The translations under genes and the position numbers were made by a program. From a virus: 35,690 bases of DNA. Numbering within the stretch: position 1 is the stretch's first letter; every line of letters starts with the position of its first letter. Under the pieces are notes generated by a model that saw only the letters and a list, made by a program, of their open reading frames with translations, did not search any database and was not told the origin of the DNA. This document shows positions 23,870 through 31,393 of this stretch, in pieces. The DNA lies in IMG/VR virus record IMGVR_UViG_3300045971_000156, positions 1 through 35,690 of that record; one strand, written 5' to 3'.

Positions 23870-25120
23870 ATGGGATTACTAGATGCCTTGAACACTTACG
23901 AAGGTCAGCAAGGGTTAGGCTTGCTTGCTGCGGCTGGCCCACGATTCGACAACGCCAGTTTCTTTCAGCGATTGCAAGAAGGAATGGGTTCTGCTGACAA
24001 GTGGAAACGTGAACAGGCGAAGGCTGAACTTGAGAAACTTCAAGTCGAGGAATACAAGCGCAAGGTCGCTCAAGAACAGTTGGATCAGCAACAAGCACTT
24101 GTCAATAAGGAAGCAATCAGAAATCAGTTCATACCCATGTCTGGTGGACAAGCAATGGCTAACGGCCAAGGCCCAACGCTTGCTAATACTCAGAATCTAG
24201 GTCAGATGCCTAAGTTTGATCCTGCTACGTTCTTCCAGCAAAACCCAAATGCTGATGTGTCGGCGTTAAAGGGTGCGGTTGACATTAACCAGATGATGAA
24301 CCCGGCGCGTGAGTTGATGAGTGTTCCTGAAAACAATGTGGTGATTGATAAGCGTACGGGTCAATCAGTGTTCACTGCACCAACTAAACCAAAGGAAATT
24401 GATCCTAACAAACCGTTCTACATGGTTGACGGGAAGATAACTCCCAATCCTGATTTTCAGGCATTTGATCTAAGTAAATCTAAAGCAAGTGCAACACACG
24501 TCAATACTAATGCAATTAACAACGTAAACGCATTTGAACCATTCAAGAACAAAGTTCAGGGGGAAATGGGGACAAACTTAGTTAAGAGTTTTGATACCTT
24601 ACAAAACATTCCACAAACTATTCAAGCATTAGACGCAGCAAAAGCTACTATTCCAAATGCCAAAAACTTTCTTGGAAGTGGTGGCGAAACAAAACTAGCA
24701 ATTGCTAAATTCTTTAATAGCAATCTTGGTACAAGTATTGACCCTTCAGGCGTTGCAGACGTAGAAACGCTTAAATCTCAGTTGTTCTATAACATCATGG
24801 ATAACTTGAAAAAGATGGATGCAAGTCCATCACAGCAACAACAGCAAAAAATGTCTGAGGCGTTTGGTAATATTAATACTGATCCCAAAGCGTTGCCTCA
24901 AATTATTGATTTCTATCGTAGTCAAGTTACGTCAAAAGCAAAAGAACATAACAGGCGTGTAGATCAGACATTGTCAGGTCCATCAGGAATTCAGTTTCCT
25001 TATGACATCCACATTGATTTACCTAAAGAAAATGCGTCAAAGACTGTTGTTGGTACTGGTACATACTACGGTAAAAAAGTGAATAAATACTCTGATGGGA
25101 GAGTTTACTATGCCAATTGA
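23870..25120 (+). CDS. Hypothetical large virion protein (416 aa), N-terminus MGLLD
   Basis: Track ORF with a coiled-coil-like segment (KAELEKLQVEEYKRKVAQEQLDQQQ). Confidence 0.6.
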   Translation: MGLLDALNTYEGQQGLGLLAAAGPRFDNASFFQRLQEGMGSADKWKREQAKAELEKLQVEEYKRKVAQEQLDQQQALVNKEAIRNQFIPMSGGQAMANGQGPTLANTQNLGQMPKFDPATFFQQNPNADVSALKGAVDINQMMNPARELMSVPENNVVIDKRTGQSVFTAPTKPKEIDPNKPFYMVDGKITPNPDFQAFDLSKSKASATHVNTNAINNVNAFEPFKNKVQGEMGTNLVKSFDTLQNIPQTIQALDAAKATIPNAKNFLGSGGETKLAIAKFFNSNLGTSIDPSGVADVETLKSQLFYNIMDNLKKMDASPSQQQQQKMSEAFGNINTDPKALPQIIDFYRSQVTSKAKEHNRRVDQTLSGPSGIQFPYDIHIDLPKENASKTVVGTGTYYGKKVNKYSDGRVYYAN

Positions 25121-26645
25121 TCCAAGAATGGTTAAGTGGGATAACGAACCTACTGATGCGCCAGAGATAGACCCTCGTATGGTCAAATGGGACGATGGTC
25201 AATCAAATGACAATCAATCATGGTTTGACAAGCAAAGCAAAGGATTAGCTACAGCACCTATCAATGCTTATCTTGGCCTAAAACAGATGTTTGGTGGACT
25301 TGATCCTATCGAACAGAATATCCTTGCACAAAACAAAGAGGCTGAAAAGAAAGCACCAATTGCTTCCATTGGGTCTAACCTGCTAACCGCTGTTCCTTCA
25401 ATTCTCGCGGGTGGATTGTCTATCCCTGCGGCTGCTGGATTTGGTGCAATCAATGGCATGGTTCAACCTGTTGAAGGTGATCAAACCTTATCCAACATTG
25501 CATCAGGAAAACTAACTAACTCGGCTCTAGGTGGTGTGTTTGGTGCGGCTGGTCAGTACGGATCAAATAAAATCGCTGGCGCACTTGCTAACCGTTTTGC
25601 TACTAAATCTGCTGAATCTGCTGCTGATGCCTCTAGAAATAGCGTAAAAGATGCTGTTTTAGCTGAGTCTCGTGGTGCAGGTTACACAGTCCCACAATCT
25701 CAAGTTCAACCAACATTCTTTGGTAATCGTCTTGAAAGCATCGGCGGGAAAGCTGCTGTAAAGCAAGAAGCTACGCTACGCAACCAAGAGGTTAGCAACG
25801 CACTAGCAAGAAAAGCAATCGGACTCCCTGAAGACGCACCGTTGTCTTTGGGAAATATCGCCAAGGTTAGAGAACAAAGCTATGCGCCTTATGTTGAGGT
25901 GTCAAAACTTCCCGTAAGGCCAGCACAGACAGGAAGCACGTTAACCAACACGCCAGCTATACCTGGTTTCAATCCAGCGGCAGAACTGGAAGCATTGAAG
26001 GTTGCTAGGGCTGACGCACAGGCATGGTACAAGGCTTACAACGCTACGCCTCATCCTGACACACTGACAAAGGCAAAGGAAACCCAAGCACTTGCTGATT
26101 CAATTGAACAATCTTTGCAAGACTATGCCAAGTCTCAAGGTCGGAAAGACTTGATACCTGAACTGGTAAAAGCAAGGAAAGAAATCGCCAAAACCTATAC
26201 GGTTGAACGTGCTTTGAACAGCGCAACGGGTGACATCAATGCGCCTGTTCTTGGTCGATTAGCAGGAAAGCAAAAACCACTATCTGATGGTTTAGACACT
26301 ATCGGAAAGTTCAATCAAGCGTTTCCACAGATTTCACGCCCTGGTGTAGCGACTCAATCCCCTGGTGTTAGCTTTGCAGAACCTGTATCAATGGGGTTAG
26401 CTGGCCTTGCTGGTCAAGCTGCAACAGGAAGCCCAATCGGTCTAATGGCGGCAGGTTTGCCATTGTTGCGTGGTCCTGCTAGATCTATTGCGTTGTCAAA
26501 AATGGCGCAAGGACCAAGGAATTACGACATTGGCGCACTTACCCGATTAACAGGAAAGATTCCCAAGGATGCGTTTGACGTCCTTGGGCTTGGAACCGCT
26601 GGTTACGCAACCCCGTTTATCGGTGGATTGTTAGCGGCACAGTGA
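25110..26645 (+). CDS. Hypothetical large virion protein (511 aa)
   Basis: GGGAGA lies 7 nt before the ATG at 25110. The N-terminus carries the duplicated IDPRMVKWD motif, and Gly/Ala hydrophobic stretches lie near the C-terminus. Confidence 0.6.
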   Translation: MPIDPRMVKWDNEPTDAPEIDPRMVKWDDGQSNDNQSWFDKQSKGLATAPINAYLGLKQMFGGLDPIEQNILAQNKEAEKKAPIASIGSNLLTAVPSILAGGLSIPAAAGFGAINGMVQPVEGDQTLSNIASGKLTNSALGGVFGAAGQYGSNKIAGALANRFATKSAESAADASRNSVKDAVLAESRGAGYTVPQSQVQPTFFGNRLESIGGKAAVKQEATLRNQEVSNALARKAIGLPEDAPLSLGNIAKVREQSYAPYVEVSKLPVRPAQTGSTLTNTPAIPGFNPAAELEALKVARADAQAWYKAYNATPHPDTLTKAKETQALADSIEQSLQDYAKSQGRKDLIPELVKARKEIAKTYTVERALNSATGDINAPVLGRLAGKQKPLSDGLDTIGKFNQAFPQISRPGVATQSPGVSFAEPVSMGLAGLAGQAATGSPIGLMAAGLPLLRGPARSIALSKMAQGPRNYDIGALTRLTGKIPKDAFDVLGLGTAGYATPFIGGLLAAQ

Positions 26646-26801
26646 GTCTTTAGGACCACCACGATGTTTCAAAAGTTGATTCTTGAGCCAACTTTCAGGC
26701 ATGAATCTGTGAACTGTCCAACGGATACCAAGTGCAAACACACCAAAAAGCAAGAATGCAAACAGTGGTTTAAGAATCAAAGCAATTAGCCAAGTGTCCA
26801 T
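26631..26801 (-). CDS. Antisense small membrane protein (56 aa)
   Basis: Manual translation gives MDTWLIALILKPLFAFLLFGVFALGIRWTVHRFMPESWLKNQLLKHRGGPKDSLCR. AGGGGA lies 5 nt upstream of the ATG. It converges with the 511-aa gene and overlaps its end by 15 nt. Confidence 0.5.
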   Translation of the reverse strand: MDTWLIALILKPLFAFLLFGVFALGIRWTVHRFMPESWLKNQLLKHRGGPKDSLCR

Positions 26802-26829
26802 GATTTCCCCTTAGACAACCATCCTACAC

Positions 26830-26851
26830 CCCTTTACCCACAAAGACAATA
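26830..26851 (+). promoter_or_regulatory. Late motif copy 5: CCCTTTACCcacaAAGACAATA
   Basis: GACAAT lies at 26845-26850, 20 nt before the tail-fibre ATG at 26870. Confidence 0.55.
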
Positions 26852-26869
26852 CCCTATCTGGAGTCAAAC

Positions 26870-27487
26870 ATGGCACTTGAATCGGCTACATACATAAGTG
26901 ATCTAGTGATCACTAACCCTACCGGGTCTGATGCCAAGTCCACGGCAGACGATCACCTGAGATTGATCAAGACAGCGGTTAAGGCAACTTTCCCCAACAT
27001 CACAGGGACCGTCACACCAACCCACACTGAACTGAATTACGTTGCTGGTGTTACCAGTGGCCTACAGGTTCAATTCACGTCTAAGGCTGATCTAGCAAGT
27101 CCCACGTTCACCGGAACTCCTGCGGCTCCAACAGCGGCACTGGCAACGGCAACGACTCAGCTTGCCACTACTGCTTTTGTTCAGACTGCAATCGCTAACG
27201 TCAATGTTCAGACTGCTTTGGTTGTTGCGTTGGTCTCAGCCACCACCCAAACCGCAGTCGCAGGCGCTCACTACATCCTGACCAACGTCGCAGCAACCAC
27301 AGTCACGCTACCTGCAAGCCCTGTAAGTGGCGACACGGTGTGGGTGACACCAACAAACGGGCTGACTACCAACGTCATTGCTAGGAATGGTCAGACGATC
27401 ATGGGCTTGGCTGAGGATATGACCGTGGATAACGCTAATGCAACGGTTGAGTTGCGATTTGTAAACAGTGATTGGAGGTTAGTCTAA
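26870..27487 (+). CDS. Tail fibre protein (205 aa)
   Basis: ATYISDLVITNPTGSDAKSTADDHLRLIKTAVKATFPNITG...ELNYVAG...ASPTFTGTPAAPTAALATATTQLATTAFV is the conserved tail-fibre N-terminal domain pattern. Confidence 0.8.
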   Translation: MALESATYISDLVITNPTGSDAKSTADDHLRLIKTAVKATFPNITGTVTPTHTELNYVAGVTSGLQVQFTSKADLASPTFTGTPAAPTAALATATTQLATTAFVQTAIANVNVQTALVVALVSATTQTAVAGAHYILTNVAATTVTLPASPVSGDTVWVTPTNGLTTNVIARNGQTIMGLAEDMTVDNANATVELRFVNSDWRLV

Positions 27488-27948
27488 TGAGTACGTTAAG
27501 TCAATTCGCGGGTGGTAATCTGCCACCTAAGGTACTTGTCAATGCGCAAAGCGCAGGTGGCGGTTCAGCTGGCTCGTTTATTGCAGGAATAGTTGCAGGA
27601 AATAACGGAAATGCAAAATACTTCGCCTCTGGTGCATTAACGGCAAATACTTTAGCAACGCTACTTAGTGTCACTGGCGGGGGTGTTGTAGAGCTATTGG
27701 GCGCATATTGCGCAGATGCAACAAGCCGCACGATCAGAGTAAAAATTGTGATTGATGGCATTACGGCATTTGACGCAACCTCGGCTGCGATAGCTGCTGG
27801 TAACCAAGGGATTATGTGTATTGGATCAGGTGGCACAACAATTGTTCCATCATTTGTTCCGTTTAAATCATCCCTTCTGGTTCAAGTCGCATCAAGTTTG
27901 TCTGAGACAGACAAGATCTTCACTGGCATTCGTTACTGGACAACCTAA
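27487..27948 (+). CDS. Hypothetical tail-fibre-associated protein (153 aa)
   Basis: The ATG at 27487 overlaps the upstream TAA, and GGAGG lies upstream. The track start at 27472 is a TTG. Confidence 0.6.
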   Translation: MSTLSQFAGGNLPPKVLVNAQSAGGGSAGSFIAGIVAGNNGNAKYFASGALTANTLATLLSVTGGGVVELLGAYCADATSRTIRVKIVIDGITAFDATSAAIAAGNQGIMCIGSGGTTIVPSFVPFKSSLLVQVASSLSETDKIFTGIRYWTT

Positions 27949-27950
27949 CT

Positions 27951-28283
27951 ATGAACATCACATACGAAACCAATGAAAAAGGCGAGTCCGTCAAAGTCAC
28001 CACCACAGACAGCGGTACGGTAATTAAGGAGCTTGATCGCCCCGTGCCTATCGTTGTCAATACGACTATCAGCAAGCGCGAATTTCTCAAGCGATTCACG
28101 CCCACTGAATACGCTGCCATCAAAACCGCAGCCAACGCCAACGCGACTTTGGACTGGTACTGGCAGCAATTCCTATTGGCTGAATTTATTGACCTAGCCG
28201 ACCCGGACACGGTAGCGGGCATCCAAATGCTTGAAGGCGCTGGCCTACTCGCACCGGGCCGGGCCGCTGAGATTCTTGCGTAA
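27951..28283 (+). CDS. Hypothetical protein (110 aa)
   Basis: Track ORF. The blocks ISKREFLKRFTPTEYAAIK and GLLAPGRAAEIL are common in phage tail-proximal small proteins. Confidence 0.6.
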   Translation: MNITYETNEKGESVKVTTTDSGTVIKELDRPVPIVVNTTISKREFLKRFTPTEYAAIKTAANANATLDWYWQQFLLAEFIDLADPDTVAGIQMLEGAGLLAPGRAAEILA

Positions 28284-28352
28284 CTCCAAACCGGACTTTC
28301 GAAGGACTACGCCAGCGGTTCACGCAAGAAGCTGGCACCTTAAAGGAAAACT

Positions 28353-29066
28353 ATGTGGATATGGATTGCACTGCTTTTAGGACTGCTTACCAAAGCACAG
28401 GCGGAGCCGACAGTGTCTGTATCGCTAGGCGTGACGCGGGGCAACACGCAACCAAGCGGTATCTGGTGGCAGAAAGAGTATCCGCGTACCTATGACAGTT
28501 CAGCACCCAGCTTCACACTACGGGTAGACAACCCTGTTGCTGACGGTTGGAGCGTAGGGGTTGGGTATGCCTTCATCGGAAACTTCCACTCGGACGCTCT
28601 GGCGCAAGGAAGTGATCCTGCCTACGCCGCTAAAGCACCTTACCCACTGTCCCGGTGGATTGGTAGCCAAAAGCAAGACGGTATGTTTGTTGTAGCTCGT
28701 AAAACGTGGGGAAACTGGTACGCCGAGGCTGGTCCCATGCTGACCCGCACATCGTTCTCAATGACGGTTCTGGGTGCTGTGCCTTGCGTTGAGGACGTGC
28801 CGCGTACCTGCCTGATCCCAGACTATTCTGGCATCAAGGATTTGTATGTCGGCACACCGCGCCAAATGAAGGTGGAATTTGTCGGAGGCGTGGGCTATCA
28901 AGTATCGAAAAACACCTCTGTGCAGTTCAACGTCTACCCGACAAGAATCGTCAAGCCAGCACCTGAAGATGTTGGCGCAGGATTTGGTGGGGCACAGGTG
29001 GACTCAGGGCCGGGGATTCTCAAAGGCTACTCAGGCAACCTATCACTTGGATGGACATTCAAATGA
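28353..29066 (+). CDS. Secreted beta-barrel outer-membrane-like protein (237 aa)
   Basis: It has a signal peptide (MWIWIALLLGLLTKAQA/EP). Amphipathic beta-strands alternate (VSVSLGV, WSVGVGYAFIG, VEFVGGVGYQV, VQFNVYP). The C-terminus is an aromatic strand, NLSLGWTFK. Confidence 0.6.
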   Translation: MWIWIALLLGLLTKAQAEPTVSVSLGVTRGNTQPSGIWWQKEYPRTYDSSAPSFTLRVDNPVADGWSVGVGYAFIGNFHSDALAQGSDPAYAAKAPYPLSRWIGSQKQDGMFVVARKTWGNWYAEAGPMLTRTSFSMTVLGAVPCVEDVPRTCLIPDYSGIKDLYVGTPRQMKVEFVGGVGYQVSKNTSVQFNVYPTRIVKPAPEDVGAGFGGAQVDSGPGILKGYSGNLSLGWTFK

Positions 29067-29284
29067 GACAACGCCTGTTCACCATCCTGATCGCGCTGGA
29101 TGTGTTCATCTTCGCGTTGATCACCCTTGGTGGCAGCAAAAGGAACGAGACTATCTCAGCCTGCGCTTGGGACATGGATGTGGCCGACAAGTGGCAGGGT
29201 AAGTTCTTTCGCCCAATCATAGACTTTCTGCTTCGCCCATTGGGGGCCGATCATTGCTTTAGGGCTTGGGAAATTGAACAGTGA
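29063..29284 (+). CDS. Small membrane protein (73 aa)
   Basis: The ATG at 29063 overlaps the upstream stop as ATGA. It has an N-terminal TM helix (LFTILIALDVFIFALITLGG). Confidence 0.55.
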   Translation: MRQRLFTILIALDVFIFALITLGGSKRNETISACAWDMDVADKWQGKFFRPIIDFLLRPLGADHCFRAWEIEQ

Positions 29285-29628
29285 CTACCTACTCTGACTT
29301 TTCAAGACTGGACTTTGACGTGACTGAACGACGAAAAACCGACGAGGAAATCGTCAACCTAGTGCGGCAAATGTTTGTCGAGTTGAAGCAGATGCGTGAG
29401 GACTTGCACGTTCACATCAGAGATGAAACAGTGGTGATCCAACACGCTTTTGTAGATTCTGACCTCGACGGGCATCGCGCAGCACATCAAGCGTGGATAC
29501 GCCATGCAGAGGCCAAGGCAGCATTTTGGGAAAAGCTACACAGCACCCTAGTCACATCCGGTGTGCTGGCTGTACTTGCGTTCGTCTTGATAGCTGCGTG
29601 GAAGGCATTCCTAGAGGGGCCAAAGTGA
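29281..29628 (+). CDS. Hypothetical protein with a C-terminal TM helix (115 aa)
   Basis: The GTG start overlaps the upstream stop as GTGA. The C-terminal segment is LVTSGVLAVLAFVLIAAW. Confidence 0.5.
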   Translation: MTTYSDFSRLDFDVTERRKTDEEIVNLVRQMFVELKQMREDLHVHIRDETVVIQHAFVDSDLDGHRAAHQAWIRHAEAKAAFWEKLHSTLVTSGVLAVLAFVLIAAWKAFLEGPK

Positions 29629-29801
29629 AACCGTTCGACAAGAACTTTGTCTCTCGGCAGACGCTGGAGGAACAGCTCCTGACGCTCAAGGAAAAGCTGT
29701 GGCAGTCTGAACAGCAGTACGCCGATACCGTTCAGCCGATGGATGACGATGACTTAGACGAACTTGAAGGAGACAGCAATGGACCCAATCACGATAAGTA
29801 G
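29625..29801 (+). CDS. Hypothetical acidic small protein (58 aa)
   Basis: A GTG start within track ORF 29493..29801 overlaps the upstream stop as GTGA. Confidence 0.35.
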   Translation: MKPFDKNFVSRQTLEEQLLTLKEKLWQSEQQYADTVQPMDDDDLDELEGDSNGPNHDK

Positions 29802-30198
29802 CATTTTCGGCATCGGCTCCAAGATCATCGACAAGCTGTTTCCAGACCCTACCGAAAAAGCCAAGGCGCAGCTTGAGTTGGTCAGGTTGCAGCAGTCAGG
29901 TGAGTTGGAAGAAGTAAAGGTTCAACTGTCCGCAATCCTGGCAGAAGCCAGCAGCGCAGACCCGTGGACAAGTCGTGCCAGACCGAGTTTCCTGTATGTG
30001 GTCTACATTCTCCTGCTGTGGTCAATCCCTATGGGCATTCTGACAGTGTTCAAGCCTGATGCTGCTGCATCCTTTACCCACGGTTTCCAAGCCTGGATGC
30101 TGGCGCTCCCGGAACCCGTGTTAACTCTGTTCGGTGTGGTGATGACCGGGTACGTGGCCGGTAGGTCATGGGAGAAGGTCAGGGGCGCGGCGAAGTAA
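29779..30198 (+). CDS. Holin, 3-TM GTA-type holin family (139 aa)
   Basis: A GAAGGAG RBS precedes the ATG at 29779. IIDKLFPDPTEKAKAQLEL...AEASSADPWTSRARPSFLY followed by hydrophobic helices matches the 3-TM gene-transfer-agent holin family as I remember it. Confidence 0.7.
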   Translation: MDPITISSIFGIGSKIIDKLFPDPTEKAKAQLELVRLQQSGELEEVKVQLSAILAEASSADPWTSRARPSFLYVVYILLLWSIPMGILTVFKPDAAASFTHGFQAWMLALPEPVLTLFGVVMTGYVAGRSWEKVRGAAK

Positions 30199-30406
30199 AC
30201 TCAGCCCTGATGACCCTGACTTTTCTACCTACTGACCCCCAACTGTCCCGATTTATGGGTCTGTCATTGGTAAGTGTGGTGCCCAGGAAGGGAGTCTCAA
30301 ACGTGCTTCAACGTGACGTGATAGTGCAGTTTCATAGGGAAAGTGCGTAAGCAAAGCACTATCCAATCTGGTTTAGTATTGGGCAACTGTCCCGATACTG
30401 ACCCGA
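30199..30406. promoter_or_regulatory. Candidate attP / integrase-binding region
   Basis: This is the non-coding gap upstream of int. CAACTGTCCCGAT is repeated at 30240-30252 and 30384-30396. ACTGACCC is repeated at 30231-30238 and 30397-30404, with the order of the two elements swapped. Confidence 0.5.
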
Positions 30407-31393
30407 ATGCCAACAATCATCAAACGCGATGGCGGCTATCAATGCCGCATCCGACTCACAGGCCATGATCCTGAATCTGAAACCTTTGACACCAAGGCCC
30501 GTGCCCAGGCGTGGGGGTTCAAGCGTGAGGCCGAACTGCGCGACCAGAAGCATGGAACCGTTAAAGCTACCCTGCAAGACTCAATCGACAAGTACATCCT
30601 TGACGTTTGCCCCACACTCAAGTCGGGCCACAACATCAAGAAACGCTTGCTAGCGCTGTCCAAAGTACCCGGCCTACTCCCAACCCTTCGCCAACTGCCC
30701 GATGTTTCAGCCGCTGACTTTACCCGTTTCCGTGACACCAGACTCGCCCAAGTGAGTGTTGCCACGGTCAGAAAAGAACTGGTCATCCTCAGATCAGTCT
30801 TGGAGTCGGCTCGGCGGGATTGGGGGATGCTGCAAATCAACCCCTTGGCTGACGTTAAGAAGCCACCAGCGCCACCAGACCGTAAAAGGCTGATGACTGT
30901 GCAGGAGCGTGATCAAATCGTTGCCATGCTCGGTTTTGAAGGCACGGTGATAACCTTACAGCATCAAGTCTCGGTAGCTTTATTGCTTGCGCTGGAAACG
31001 GCAATGAGGGCAGGGGAAATTCTCGGTCTGACGTGGGACCGGGTACACCTAGAAGCTCAGTATGTGAGCATGGAAGAAAGTAAGAACGGTGATCGCCGGG
31101 ACGTTCCACTGTCAAGCAGGGCAGTTGAGTTGCTGGAATTGATGCGTTATGTGAATTCCCATAACGTATTCACAGTTACCAGCGCCAGTCTGGACGCCTT
31201 GTTCAGAAAATCACGTAATGCTTGCAAGATTGAAAACCTGCACTTCCACGACAGTCGGGCCACTGCTTTGACAAACCTATCAAAGAAGCTGGATGTGCTG
31301 GAGTTGGCTAGGATGGTGGGGCATCGTGATCTGAAAAGCCTGTTGATCTACTACCGCCCGACAGCATCCACACTTGCAGCTAAGTTAGGCTGA
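30407..31393 (+). CDS. int: Tyrosine integrase (328 aa)
   Basis: The catalytic-domain blocks are TAMRAGEILGLTW (Arg), HFHDSRATALT (H-x-x-R) and GHRDLKSLLIYY (His and Tyr). Confidence 0.9.
   Translation: MPTIIKRDGGYQCRIRLTGHDPESETFDTKARAQAWGFKREAELRDQKHGTVKATLQDSIDKYILDVCPTLKSGHNIKKRLLALSKVPGLLPTLRQLPDVSAADFTRFRDTRLAQVSVATVRKELVILRSVLESARRDWGMLQINPLADVKKPPAPPDRKRLMTVQERDQIVAMLGFEGTVITLQHQVSVALLLALETAMRAGEILGLTWDRVHLEAQYVSMEESKNGDRRDVPLSSRAVELLELMRYVNSHNVFTVTSASLDALFRKSRNACKIENLHFHDSRATALTNLSKKLDVLELARMVGHRDLKSLLIYYRPTASTLAAKLG

Noticed and set aside
28333-28338. TGGCAC upstream of the beta-barrel gene, as a possible sigma54 -24 element
   Set aside because: The required TTGC -12 element 5 nt downstream is absent; the sequence there is cttaaAGGA.
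30168-30350. Track ORF of 60 aa inside the attP-like gap
   Set aside because: It overlaps the holin 3' end, has no RBS and spans the repeat-containing non-coding region.
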